A stretch of DNA of 64,000 nt from a virus. This document shows positions 38,066 through 46,918 of the stretch, piece by piece. A model generated the notes under the pieces. That model made no database searches. It was given only the letters and a program-made list of their open reading frames with translations, and was not told the origin of the DNA. Both the position numbers and the translations under genes were made by a program. Every line of letters begins with the position of its first letter. Position 1 is the first letter of the stretch. The DNA is taken from the IMG/VR virus record IMGVR_UViG_3300021964_000017. One strand, written 5' to 3'.

Positions 38066-38509
38066 ATGAAATATTTTATAACAGGAACAAGGCGGGGCTT
38101 AGGTGAAGCCTTAGCCAATAAGTATGGTAATTGTGGTTCCCTTGAAGATTGTGATGTTTTTATTAATAACAAGTGTGATAGGTTTGAACAGGTGTTTATG
38201 CTATATCGTGCAGCTGAGCTAAATAAAAGGATTATAAATATAAGTAGCAATACGTCAGATAAGAAGAAGCCTAATAATAGAATGTACGCAGTCTATAAAG
38301 GCGCATTAGACGACTTAAATGATAGATTGTATTATGAAGGGTATCCTACAACATCAATAAGGTTTGGATATTTTGATAGTCCAAGAGTTGAACATATCGA
38401 TGCGGATAAAATGCCAATCGATTATTGTGTAGACGTAATTGATTGGATATTGAAACAACCTTACGTAATAAAAGAAATAACTATCACTCCAGAGGTTAAA
38501 CATGGCTAA
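38066..38509 (+). CDS. Minimal short-chain dehydrogenase/reductase
   Basis: ITGTRRGLG, FINN, IINISS, YAVYK. Confidence 0.8.
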   Translation: MKYFITGTRRGLGEALANKYGNCGSLEDCDVFINNKCDRFEQVFMLYRAAELNKRIINISSNTSDKKKPNNRMYAVYKGALDDLNDRLYYEGYPTTSIRFGYFDSPRVEHIDADKMPIDYCVDVIDWILKQPYVIKEITITPEVKHG

Positions 38510-38813
38510 AACACAATCGTATACAATTATATTTAACACGCCCCAGGATGATGCACTCAGTGCAATGAATTTGGTAGGAGCTGATGTAGCTAACGACATT
38601 AGAGCTCTTATACATGAGGGATTAGTGGTTGGCAGCGTTGTTGATCAGGTTCAGAATTTATCATCGGATGGGTTAACTCTAAACGTGGAAAGAACCTTTA
38701 CAGATGAGGTTTATAACAATTTAATGGAAATCGTATCAGTAAGCGATATCAAAACTCAAATTGAAAATGTGACAGAAGTGAGTTCAGTGACATATGGATT
38801 TTCAGACTCTTGA
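38502..38813 (+). CDS. Acidic non-enzymatic protein
   Basis: GAGGT RBS; no catalytic motif; Val/Ser/Thr/Asp-rich. Confidence 0.55.
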   Translation: MAKTQSYTIIFNTPQDDALSAMNLVGADVANDIRALIHEGLVVGSVVDQVQNLSSDGLTLNVERTFTDEVYNNLMEIVSVSDIKTQIENVTEVSSVTYGFSDS

Positions 38814-39189
38814 TCAAATAGATGTAGAAGCAATATTGGATGAAGTTTCACATCTAATAGATCCTACTGATAATATATTGTTGCAAAAGGGTACAAGCAC
38901 TCTACACAATTTGCCGTATACAAATTCACTATTTGAAAAATATAATATGACTACATCTCGTATCATGAAGCTAACACCAAGAGAATGTTATTCATGGCAC
39001 ACTGATGTATCTCCAAGAATACACTTTCCTTTAATAACAAACGATAGCTGTCTTTTTATTTTAGAAGACACTGTTTATACAATGCCGTCAGGTAATGCGT
39101 ACTATGTTGATACTCGAAAAAAACACACTGCAATAAATGGTAACAGAAGAAATTTTATCAGGTATCACATTGTGGGCATGGTAAGTTGA
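38794..39189 (+). CDS. Asp/Asn beta-hydroxylase-like cupin oxygenase
   Basis: YSWHTD..RIHFPLITN..HTAIN..RYHIV. Confidence 0.75.
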   Translation: MDFQTLDQIDVEAILDEVSHLIDPTDNILLQKGTSTLHNLPYTNSLFEKYNMTTSRIMKLTPRECYSWHTDVSPRIHFPLITNDSCLFILEDTVYTMPSGNAYYVDTRKKHTAINGNRRNFIRYHIVGMVS

Positions 39190-39258
39190 GAAGTTTATAT
39201 CGCTATATCTTGTATAGAATACAACTATACAAAATGAAGAAAGAGGATCACTTTATTT

Positions 39259-39921
39259 ATGAAACCGATAGTCATCGTAGGGACGAGCCATAGTTCAGTA
39301 AGGTATTCACCAAGCCTAACAAACATTCTTTCTGAATTATCAACTGTTAAAAATCTGGCGGCATATGGCCATGGAATTGACACCTACTTTCCTAGAGTAG
39401 TAAAGATAAGAGAGCCATCGATATTTGTAATTGAAGCTCCTCATCATACTAGATATACAGAATTCATGAATGAGTCAACGTACGAACCATTTAGTTATAC
39501 AGATGATGAATTTTGGACTGAAAAGAGATATATGGATCATCTGGCGTTTTTCTCAAAGTCAGTTTTGTTACCAGATGAAGAATATAGGGAAGCAATACGT
39601 CCCAGTAAAAATGATCTAATTGCATTGCAAAGAATTAAAGTATTAGCAAACCAACAACTGGAATTAGAAGACAATATATTAAAATGTGTGGCCATTGATG
39701 TGTACTTGAAATACAACAACCATCAAGTTTATTGGTGGACAGCAAACAACAAGTTGTTGCATAAATGGAATCATGATTTTCATTTGCTTACAGATAAACC
39801 TGTGTTTGATAACTATCCAGATAAATCTATGTACCCTGACGGATACCATCTAGCAGATAAATATTTTAAACATATAATTAGAGAGAGTTTTGTAAATGAA
39901 TTGGTTCGAAGTAGATGTTAA
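39259..39921 (+). CDS. SGNH/GDSL hydrolase or acyltransferase-like protein
   Basis: IVGTSHS (block I), NLAAYGHG (block II), PDGYH (block V). Confidence 0.6.
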   Translation: MKPIVIVGTSHSSVRYSPSLTNILSELSTVKNLAAYGHGIDTYFPRVVKIREPSIFVIEAPHHTRYTEFMNESTYEPFSYTDDEFWTEKRYMDHLAFFSKSVLLPDEEYREAIRPSKNDLIALQRIKVLANQQLELEDNILKCVAIDVYLKYNNHQVYWWTANNKLLHKWNHDFHLLTDKPVFDNYPDKSMYPDGYHLADKYFKHIIRESFVNELVRSRC

Positions 39922-40399
39922 TTTAAACGAAGAAGATTTTCATTGGGCTTTGGATATTGGAGACAACATCACGGAACCCAATTGGACTATACGTCCATAC
40001 AAACTAAATGATCAAGAGATGGATCGTATTTCTTATCTTACAGATCAAATTGGTACAGCTCCTAGCTATGCAGCAATAATAATGGTTCCAGCGAATAGTG
40101 TTTGTAAAACTCATGTTGATGACAAGGCTGATACTGCTGGAGTCAAACAAAGAATAACTGCTATCAACATTCCTATTCAAGTACACCAATCTTCTATGTT
40201 TCAATACATGATTAATGATCCATTTGCAGGAGAGATGGCTATAGAAATGGTTAAACTTAACACACCTAAATGTTGGAGGGTTGATATACCCCACAGAGTA
40301 GACAATAGTAAAAGTCCGTTTAACAGAGTTGTTCTAAGCCTATCTTATACTCAAACAATAGAGGAACTACATGAAGTATATCGTGCCATTAAAAATTGA
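39896..40399 (+). CDS. Cupin Fe(II)/2OG oxygenase-like protein, paralog of 37538-38026
   Basis: Near-identical blocks MVPANS.C.THVD, QRITAINIP.QVHQ, PHRVDNS.SPFNRVVLSLSYT. Confidence 0.75.
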   Translation: MNWFEVDVNLNEEDFHWALDIGDNITEPNWTIRPYKLNDQEMDRISYLTDQIGTAPSYAAIIMVPANSVCKTHVDDKADTAGVKQRITAINIPIQVHQSSMFQYMINDPFAGEMAIEMVKLNTPKCWRVDIPHRVDNSKSPFNRVVLSLSYTQTIEELHEVYRAIKN

Positions 40400-40937
40400 A
40401 TATGATAAGAATCAATTTCTAGAATTCATTAATCGAAAAAATTTAGATTATGATGCATTGGCCCAAAAGAAACGATGGCACAATAACTTTCCTGTTGAAG
40501 AATTAAACATCGGACCTATCCAGCAATACATGAAGGATGTTGTTCTAATTCTTAGTTTGTTTCCAAAGTATCAAATACCAATTCATGCAGATGGTGCAGG
40601 GACCAGATTAGACAATACCTACAATGTCAGTATTAATTTTCCTGTTGCTAATTGCACTGAAGAGACAGTCACTCACTTCTGGGATTTTGAAGACAGACGT
40701 GAGATAAAATATATTCATCATGAGAAGTTGGGGACACGAGAAATAGTTGATAAGGACCAACTAGTAGTTGCACAAGATTATGTGTTTAGAGATACGCCTG
40801 TGCTATTCAGAAATGAATATCCTCATAGTGTATCTAATAAATGTAATAATTTGAGATTAATGTTAAGCTGGAGATTTAAACCAGAATATTCGTGGGAACA
40901 GGCAATTGAACTATGTGAGCAACATCACCTGTCATAA
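40371..40937 (+). CDS. Cupin Fe(II)/2OG oxygenase-like protein
   Basis: PIHAD..SINFP..PHSV.N..RLMLS. Confidence 0.7.
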   Translation: MKYIVPLKIEYDKNQFLEFINRKNLDYDALAQKKRWHNNFPVEELNIGPIQQYMKDVVLILSLFPKYQIPIHADGAGTRLDNTYNVSINFPVANCTEETVTHFWDFEDRREIKYIHHEKLGTREIVDKDQLVVAQDYVFRDTPVLFRNEYPHSVSNKCNNLRLMLSWRFKPEYSWEQAIELCEQHHLS

Positions 40938-41325
40938 TATAGTGTTGATTGATAGTCCATTTATCTCGCTCAATTATAGTTTGTTGATAAACCTGATCAA
41001 ATAGATCCTTACCTGTAATTCTTTCTAGCGATTGCTTTACAAGGTCAATTCTTCTATATGATGTTGCAATTGTATAGTTCTCCATCACGTACTGATAGAT
41101 CTTGTTATCTAGTTTATGTAAGGAATGCCAATGGCCATGTAATACATGCTTGTGACCATATACTATTTCTTCTACATTATATTCATTTTTTCCAAGATAT
41201 TCAGGTGTGTGCAACACACCATGCGCAGGAAGTTTATTATGCTTTTCTGCAAGATAGTTTACTAATGCTTTGGATGCAGTTCGTGGAAAACTAATTACTG
41301 CTATATTAGAAATTGTGTTCTCCAT
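40876..41325 (-). CDS. Sulfotransferase-like P-loop protein (short)
   Basis: ISFPRTAS resembles the PRTGS 5'-PSB loop; R...Q.S downstream. Confidence 0.45.
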   Translation of the reverse strand: MENTISNIAVISFPRTASKALVNYLAEKHNKLPAHGVLHTPEYLGKNEYNVEEIVYGHKHVLHGHWHSLHKLDNKIYQYVMENYTIATSYRRIDLVKQSLERITGKDLFDQVYQQTIIERDKWTINQHYIMTGDVAHIVQLPVPTNILV

Positions 41326-41993
41326 AACAACCTTTCGCCTTCAAACGCTATACGCTTATGATTCATCCTTAGATTATCCCATACAAGTATTTCGTTATCT
41401 TTCCATTTATGTTTGTATGCGTTTTCTTCACAGTATTCTCTAATTGGTGTAACATCCCAATCAAAGTTTTGTAGTGTTCCTATGCTACAATATAATATCT
41501 CTTCGCCTGTAATATGGTGATTTATAATGAACGGACGAGTGGCCTTTTGTTTTTCTAAAATACGCAGCTGCTTTTCCGTAAAGCATTGTCCATGTAGGTT
41601 TTGTGGAGGATAATATTCTCCTACTGCATCCTTATAGATATGTTTTAAGATATCTGGTGCTTTACTCATATCACAAAACCAAGTAGGCGACAAGTGTGCA
41701 TTACTTACATTGTATAGTATTGTGCCAAAATAGTTACCTCTACCATAACTCCAATCATGATGCCACTGTACATCATCATTACCAAATAATCCACTATTGC
41801 TTAATTCCTGTACAGTTCTATTTTCATTAAGGACATGCTTTGTTGTTACTAACGGTTTACCTAATGCATTAGCAATCTTTTCGAATTGTTCTATAGTAAT
41901 CTTACCTGGCATTTGTATCTTAAGCAATCCATAATTTAGGAGATCGTCACGCAATGTGTGTAACCACTTATCCTGCCATTCTATTTCAAGCAT
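41301..41993 (-). CDS. TauD/TfdA-family Fe(II)/2OG dioxygenase
   Basis: WHHD, T.F.D, H.W...LVWDN...HKR..RLLWR. Confidence 0.85.
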   Translation of the reverse strand: MLEIEWQDKWLHTLRDDLLNYGLLKIQMPGKITIEQFEKIANALGKPLVTTKHVLNENRTVQELSNSGLFGNDDVQWHHDWSYGRGNYFGTILYNVSNAHLSPTWFCDMSKAPDILKHIYKDAVGEYYPPQNLHGQCFTEKQLRILEKQKATRPFIINHHITGEEILYCSIGTLQNFDWDVTPIREYCEENAYKHKWKDNEILVWDNLRMNHKRIAFEGERLLWRTQFLI

Positions 41994-42582
41994 TGTATTC
42001 TCCTAAATGTTTTTCCATTTGTTCAAAGGTTAAATCTGGAAGTTCAATATGTAACATTAGCCTGTCTTTGTTAATATTTTTAACACCATGTCTTTTCATT
42101 ACATTCATTATAACTGGCTGTGTTATATTGTAGCTTCCACCATCCGGATAATATGTTAATGCTTCAGTAGTCTCAAACTCATTATAAAAAAGAGGAAGCA
42201 TTAACAAACAATTTTTTCTATAAGGATAATCGCCATGTACAGGAACATCTTCTCCTGCACGCTGCATAAAAAATGTAATTAATCCTGGCTTTAGTCCCAA
42301 ACCACTTAATTGTGCAATTATGGGTATTATACTTTCATGCATAACATCTGGATATGCTATAATGTCTGTCCTTGCCTGACTTTGTACGCCTTTACTTTGT
42401 AAATGCTTTTTTAGATCTCTTATGCTATCACCTTCAAAGTACCCATAATCACGTTTAAATTCATCTACGTATGTTGCTGGTGTATCCTCCAGCATTTCTA
42501 ATGATAATTTTTTAAAATATCTGTAAAGGGCAGCTGTGCAATATGTTATATCAATCAGTAATATTTCACTGGTGTGTGGCAA
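41986..42582 (-). CDS. Cupin Fe(II)/2OG oxygenase-like protein
   Basis: PVHGD...HGVKN...RLML. Confidence 0.6.
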   Translation of the reverse strand: MPHTSEILLIDITYCTAALYRYFKKLSLEMLEDTPATYVDEFKRDYGYFEGDSIRDLKKHLQSKGVQSQARTDIIAYPDVMHESIIPIIAQLSGLGLKPGLITFFMQRAGEDVPVHGDYPYRKNCLLMLPLFYNEFETTEALTYYPDGGSYNITQPVIMNVMKRHGVKNINKDRLMLHIELPDLTFEQMEKHLGEYNA

Positions 42583-42584
42583 GG

Positions 42585-43457
42585 TTAAGAGGCTTCTGAC
42601 ATGAGACTTTCACAAGTCCATGTTTCAGAAGTTTCTCTCTTAGGGGTAAGCCAGATTCCAGCTCTCCATAATTCACGGTCTCCATCATATGCGTCCCTCT
42701 TGTGCAAGCTGTGGTGTTGATCACTCAGTACAATGTCGTACTGATCCCACTTATGAGTGTAGACATACTTGTCGCTAAGCGTATGTTCTTTTAGTTTATA
42801 ATACAAGTCATGTTGCTGATCATGAGTAAGTCCAGTGAATCCTCTAATAACACTCCAAGGGAAATACAACCCTTCCTTGTTGTTTATAGGATGAATTGTT
42901 ACCAGATCTTTTCTGGGCGCTTGCTTTTCAAATGATGTCTGACCATCAATGTCTCTAAATTCCATCATAGTCTGTTCGTCACTGAAAACATTTTTATAAT
43001 GCATCTTCTCTAACTTCATTTTTGCATTATACGTAACAGTCTTTGACTTTACCTTTCGGCAAACATCTTTTGTATCATCATCTAAGTCTTCCCATGCAGA
43101 TTGGTGATCAGTAAAATAAGTGTCACCACCACTATCTGCTTTTTGATGCATATACATTGCAACAATGTCATCGTGGCCAGTTCTATTCATACCTGCACTA
43201 TGCCATTCTAACTCACCATCATCCTTGCCTGCAAACAAACCATTCTGTCTTACCTTGACAAGTTCTCCAGTAGCAATGGTGCCTGTTACCTTTTTGTTTT
43301 GTTTTACAACATCACCTATCTTCTTGTAGAACTCTATCAGAGTTTGAGGAGCAAGAGGCACTTTATTTTTTATGATAACAGTTCTATACTCTCCAATCAA
43401 TTCTCTAATTCTTGGAGCATCCGTATCATAATTTATGTCATTTACAATATAAGTCAT
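42585..43457 (-). CDS. TauD-fold Fe(II)/2OG enzyme with HxA motif (putative halogenase)
   Basis: EWHSAG in place of WHxD; GGDTYF.D, HP, H.W...D....HKR, RELWR retained. Confidence 0.75.
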   Translation of the reverse strand: MTYIVNDINYDTDAPRIRELIGEYRTVIIKNKVPLAPQTLIEFYKKIGDVVKQNKKVTGTIATGELVKVRQNGLFAGKDDGELEWHSAGMNRTGHDDIVAMYMHQKADSGGDTYFTDHQSAWEDLDDDTKDVCRKVKSKTVTYNAKMKLEKMHYKNVFSDEQTMMEFRDIDGQTSFEKQAPRKDLVTIHPINNKEGLYFPWSVIRGFTGLTHDQQHDLYYKLKEHTLSDKYVYTHKWDQYDIVLSDQHHSLHKRDAYDGDRELWRAGIWLTPKRETSETWTCESLMSEAS

Positions 43458-43954
43458 TTTTTCTCCATCAATAGTTCAGCAGTATTATTTATAGGTGTCC
43501 AAGCTATATGCTGATAATCATTCTCTGTCATTCTATACAATTGATCGGGAGTATGCCATAGCTGAGGTAAGTATTTTTTATAATGATTAAACGCTTGAGT
43601 CTTTGCTTCTCTACTCATGAACGCACAATCAAAACCAAGTTGTTTAGCAACGATTAGTTGTTGATCGATCATCTGCAATGTTTCTTGTGACACTCTTGCT
43701 TTTTTATTTTCAAATCTATAGTTAGGAACTTTATAAAACCTATTTAAAATTCGACAATTGTTCTGCCAATATGGTCTCCATATTACTGAAGAAAATCCTC
43801 CGGCAAAAACTGATACTGCTTCCCACTCTTGTGTTTTTAATTGTTGATATGAATAATTAAGGCGTAGCTTGTCGTTTGGAAGATTACTTACCATTTCCTT
43901 TATTTGTTCTATACAATCGATAAAGTCTGGATGATCTCTAATAACCGTTTTCAT
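43454..43954 (-). CDS. GNAT-like fold protein
   Basis: RILNRFY..P.YR...QQL..AKQLGFDCAFMSRE resembles GNAT motifs A and B. Confidence 0.45.
   Translation of the reverse strand: MKTVIRDHPDFIDCIEQIKEMVSNLPNDKLRLNYSYQQLKTQEWEAVSVFAGGFSSVIWRPYWQNNCRILNRFYKVPNYRFENKKARVSQETLQMIDQQLIVAKQLGFDCAFMSREAKTQAFNHYKKYLPQLWHTPDQLYRMTENDYQHIAWTPINNTAELLMEKK
43486..43493 (-). promoter_or_regulatory. Internal T4 late promoter TATAAATA just upstream of the HxA TauD gene
   Basis: Exact consensus about 30 nt before ATG 43457. Confidence 0.6.
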
Positions 43955-44870
43955 TTTTCTTCACGTGTTCAAAAAAAGGAGCAATCTTAAAGTTTTCTGT
44001 TAACCTACCTCTGTTAGGATTATCATGATCAATCACCCCATCGTCATTTGTCTGCCAATCAATAAGGCGAATAAGAACTGTACCAGCTCTAGTTTTATAT
44101 GGAAACATCATAGACGTAAGAGCCTCCATTGTAGGTCCTGCCTTTACTACTCCAGCAGATGTTTGTATCATTTGATCTTTTGTAACGCCCAGTCTATACT
44201 CAGCCATATCAATTAACTCTTCCATGGTATGAGAACAATCTTCCATATACCGCCCGATGGCACCAACGCTTTTCATTCTTAATACTGGAGTAATTTTATT
44301 GTAAGGTTTAGTTGTATCGAAGTTTATACCATGAGCAATTGCTCTTTCTGCAAACAGCTCTATCTGTCTTAACATGGTAAACTCATTAACTCCTTTTGCA
44401 ATAATTGTTCCGGTATTAACAGGAAGTCTTTGTTCAAATATATTGTCCAGAGCTCTTACTTTTACTGTTGCCCATTTGCCATTATCAAGCTCCTTGTATA
44501 CCAAATCATCATCTGCTCCATTCATACTATGAAGCAACAACCTTAGACCAGAATCTTTCAATTGTTTGACGTAAGATTTGTTTGCTAGCTTTAAACCATT
44601 AGTTGTTAGACTAGGTCTATGGCCAAGAGACTTTACCATATAAATTATCTCACATATATCTTCTCTCATTGTGGGCTCAGCACCAATTAATCTAATGTAA
44701 GTTCTAAATGGAAGTTTTTTAAGAAAGTCGTATAGATTGCTTGTTGGTAGATCGGGAACATCTCTATTGGGAATGTAGCAGTTAGCACATTCCATGTTAC
44801 ATCTGTGAGTTAAATCAACTACAATGTTTGAGAACGTATTGTTCTCTGGATCGAGTTCATAATAATTCAT
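43938..44870 (-). CDS. Radical SAM enzyme
   Basis: CNMECANC, GAEPT, TTNG; start at ATG 44870 after GAGGG; late promoter AATAAATA at 44916-44923. Confidence 0.9.
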   Translation of the reverse strand: MNYYELDPENNTFSNIVVDLTHRCNMECANCYIPNRDVPDLPTSNLYDFLKKLPFRTYIRLIGAEPTMREDICEIIYMVKSLGHRPSLTTNGLKLANKSYVKQLKDSGLRLLLHSMNGADDDLVYKELDNGKWATVKVRALDNIFEQRLPVNTGTIIAKGVNEFTMLRQIELFAERAIAHGINFDTTKPYNKITPVLRMKSVGAIGRYMEDCSHTMEELIDMAEYRLGVTKDQMIQTSAGVVKAGPTMEALTSMMFPYKTRAGTVLIRLIDWQTNDDGVIDHDNPNRGRLTENFKIAPFFEHVKKNENGY

Positions 44871-44943
44871 ATTGTTACCCTCGTTATGGACGTTTTGCCC
44901 TCGTCCGCACACTACTATTTATTGCATAATATTTTTACATTAT

Positions 44944-45261
44944 CTACCAGTTTAATTCGTAACCTATCACAGCACCTACTGTATCTTTGCCTTCTAATGC
45001 AGGTGCTACAAAAAAGTTTTTGTATGTTCCTCTCACATAAGGAATAACATCTGCTTGAGGATAGCCTGTGACTGCTCCTGCCTCCAAACCAAAGCCGTTG
45101 TATTCCCAACGTTTGCCAGCATAGGTGCTTATGTTACTTTCTGAGTTGTAGTATACACCCGCAATATAGTTTTGCTCATTATATCTTATGTGCGGGTGTA
45201 TGCTATTGTAGTCGCCTTGTAATCCTAAGTGTAGGCTAAATGCCAACGCTAATTCAATCAA
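44944..45261 (-). CDS. Small outer-membrane beta-barrel-like protein
   Basis: Alternating strands, G.Y.NS, G.VTGY, C-terminal aromatic residue. Confidence 0.55.
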   Translation of the reverse strand: MIELALAFSLHLGLQGDYNSIHPHIRYNEQNYIAGVYYNSESNISTYAGKRWEYNGFGLEAGAVTGYPQADVIPYVRGTYKNFFVAPALEGKDTVGAVIGYELNW

Positions 45262-45398
45262 TTACACACTCCTCATATTTGCAAGGATTTAACATTTGAT
45301 CCCATTTGGGGCCAACACTTTCCCAATACACTTTACTCGTTCCACCATATGAAAAAATAGTGTATAATAAGAACATCAGTCCCACTACCATTATAATA

Positions 45399-45821
45399 CT
45401 AATCTTCCACATCGCGATTGTCCCATGGTGCGTTTTCGTAACAGCCTGCTGGCAGTTTATCTTTGTAACTTACGCCTGCTTTGAATCCATTTTGAGTTTG
45501 TTCTAGGTATGCACTCTCAAACGGCATATCTCTTGGCTTGCCCCAGCAACGATTTAAGCTTTGGCCTGGAACTCTGTATCTGGGATTGTGTTTTAGAAAG
45601 TCTCTTAGCTCTGCCAACTCAGCTGCTTGTATCTTCATACGTACCTTCATAGCGCAACTTGCTATCTTCGTAAAGTCGATAGTGTCGAACTTATCAATTG
45701 AGTAGTTATGATCAGATAGACATTTCTTCAATCCGTTGTTATATGTCTCTTCTGCGTTTGCGTGGTTAAATGTAAAGAAAACTAAACAGCCAATTACTAA
45801 ACACCGTAATACATTTTTCAT
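45399..45821 (-). CDS. Secreted Cys-containing protein
   Basis: Signal peptide ending ANA; four Cys in the mature part. Confidence 0.55.
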   Translation of the reverse strand: MKNVLRCLVIGCLVFFTFNHANAEETYNNGLKKCLSDHNYSIDKFDTIDFTKIASCAMKVRMKIQAAELAELRDFLKHNPRYRVPGQSLNRCWGKPRDMPFESAYLEQTQNGFKAGVSYKDKLPAGCYENAPWDNRDVED

Positions 45822-45842
45822 TATGTGTTATTATTTCATCTC

Positions 45843-46484
45843 CTAATTTGCTAGTGGATTATCCAATGCTCGCTGCAGCTTCGTATTCAATGCGTCTTGC
45901 AGTTCTCTCATTTCACGAGCAATCTTTGCTTCTAGGTCAGTCATACGCTGGCCACTAGACTCACGCAGATCTGTTGCTTTAGTATCGTATTGATTCTGTA
46001 GTGCATCTCTCTTATTATCAAAACGCTCTTCAGCATTCTGAATAATCTGTCTGATGTCTGCTTCTGTCTCTCGTACCAACTTCTCTACTCTACGAGTCTG
46101 ATCTTCAAGGTAACCAATCTGTGAGTTGGTGTCTACTTTGTTCTCGCGGTTGCGGGTGTTTGCATCATCTAACTGCTTTTGTATAGCAATAAGCTGAATA
46201 GTGATTTCTTTATTTACATTTTCAAGTGACGCTTCTATCTGTTGATTGCGTGTTTCAATTACATCAACATCAATGTTTTGAACAATCTCTTTCATACCCA
46301 TGTAGTCGTCATACACTTGGAAAGCACCGTACAGACCACCGACGATTGAACTGAGCAACGCAAACAGCATACCAATAGTTGTTGGTGTCATTGTGATACC
46401 AAACAACTTCATTTTAGTGTTCTTGAGATTTTCTACTTCTTGTTCAAAATTCTCTATGCCTTCGCCAAGATCTTTATCGGCCAT
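45843..46484 (-). CDS. Membrane-anchored coiled-coil protein
   Basis: TM segment (IVGGLYGA), long coiled coil, C-terminal ALDNPLAN. Confidence 0.65.
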   Translation of the reverse strand: MADKDLGEGIENFEQEVENLKNTKMKLFGITMTPTTIGMLFALLSSIVGGLYGAFQVYDDYMGMKEIVQNIDVDVIETRNQQIEASLENVNKEITIQLIAIQKQLDDANTRNRENKVDTNSQIGYLEDQTRRVEKLVRETEADIRQIIQNAEERFDNKRDALQNQYDTKATDLRESSGQRMTDLEAKIAREMRELQDALNTKLQRALDNPLAN

Positions 46485-46495
46485 CTAAACTTCTC

Positions 46496-46918
46496 CTAGT
46501 TTTCAAACTGTGCTGTACTAGACTCATTCAAACGCCTAAGAGCCTCTAACTCTTGTTGCAGCTTTAAAACTTCTAGTCGCTTTTTCCTCAGCTCTAATTG
46601 ATATAAACTGTTACAGTTAATTCTTTCTTTGGGTTTGTCCAATGGAATAACAATACGTGCATACACACCCACATCTTTTTCGCTATTGCCATAATCAGGA
46701 GATCCAAACGGACTTGCATAATTATCAATGATACCAGTAAGACCAAATTCAAGTTGTGTCGCGCCACCGATAGAGTTCTTACAATCTATGTCCCCAGCTC
46801 TAATGCTGTCTGATCCATATGAACTACCAGCTCCTGGCAGCGACAATCCAATTCCTGCATTATCAGCTAATCCTTGAATTGGGAATAACATAACACATGC
46901 TATAATATATTTTTTCAT
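46496..46918 (-). CDS. Secreted protein with beta-hairpin and coiled coil
   Basis: Signal peptide; two conserved-looking Cys; GVYARIVIPL. Confidence 0.6.
   Translation of the reverse strand: MKKYIIACVMLFPIQGLADNAGIGLSLPGAGSSYGSDSIRAGDIDCKNSIGGATQLEFGLTGIIDNYASPFGSPDYGNSEKDVGVYARIVIPLDKPKERINCNSLYQLELRKKRLEVLKLQQELEALRRLNESSTAQFEN

Noticed and set aside
37538-44870. Stop-codon reassignment or selenocysteine in the oxygenase cluster
   Set aside because: ORFs are intact and tightly packed under the standard code, and neither tRNA is a suppressor.
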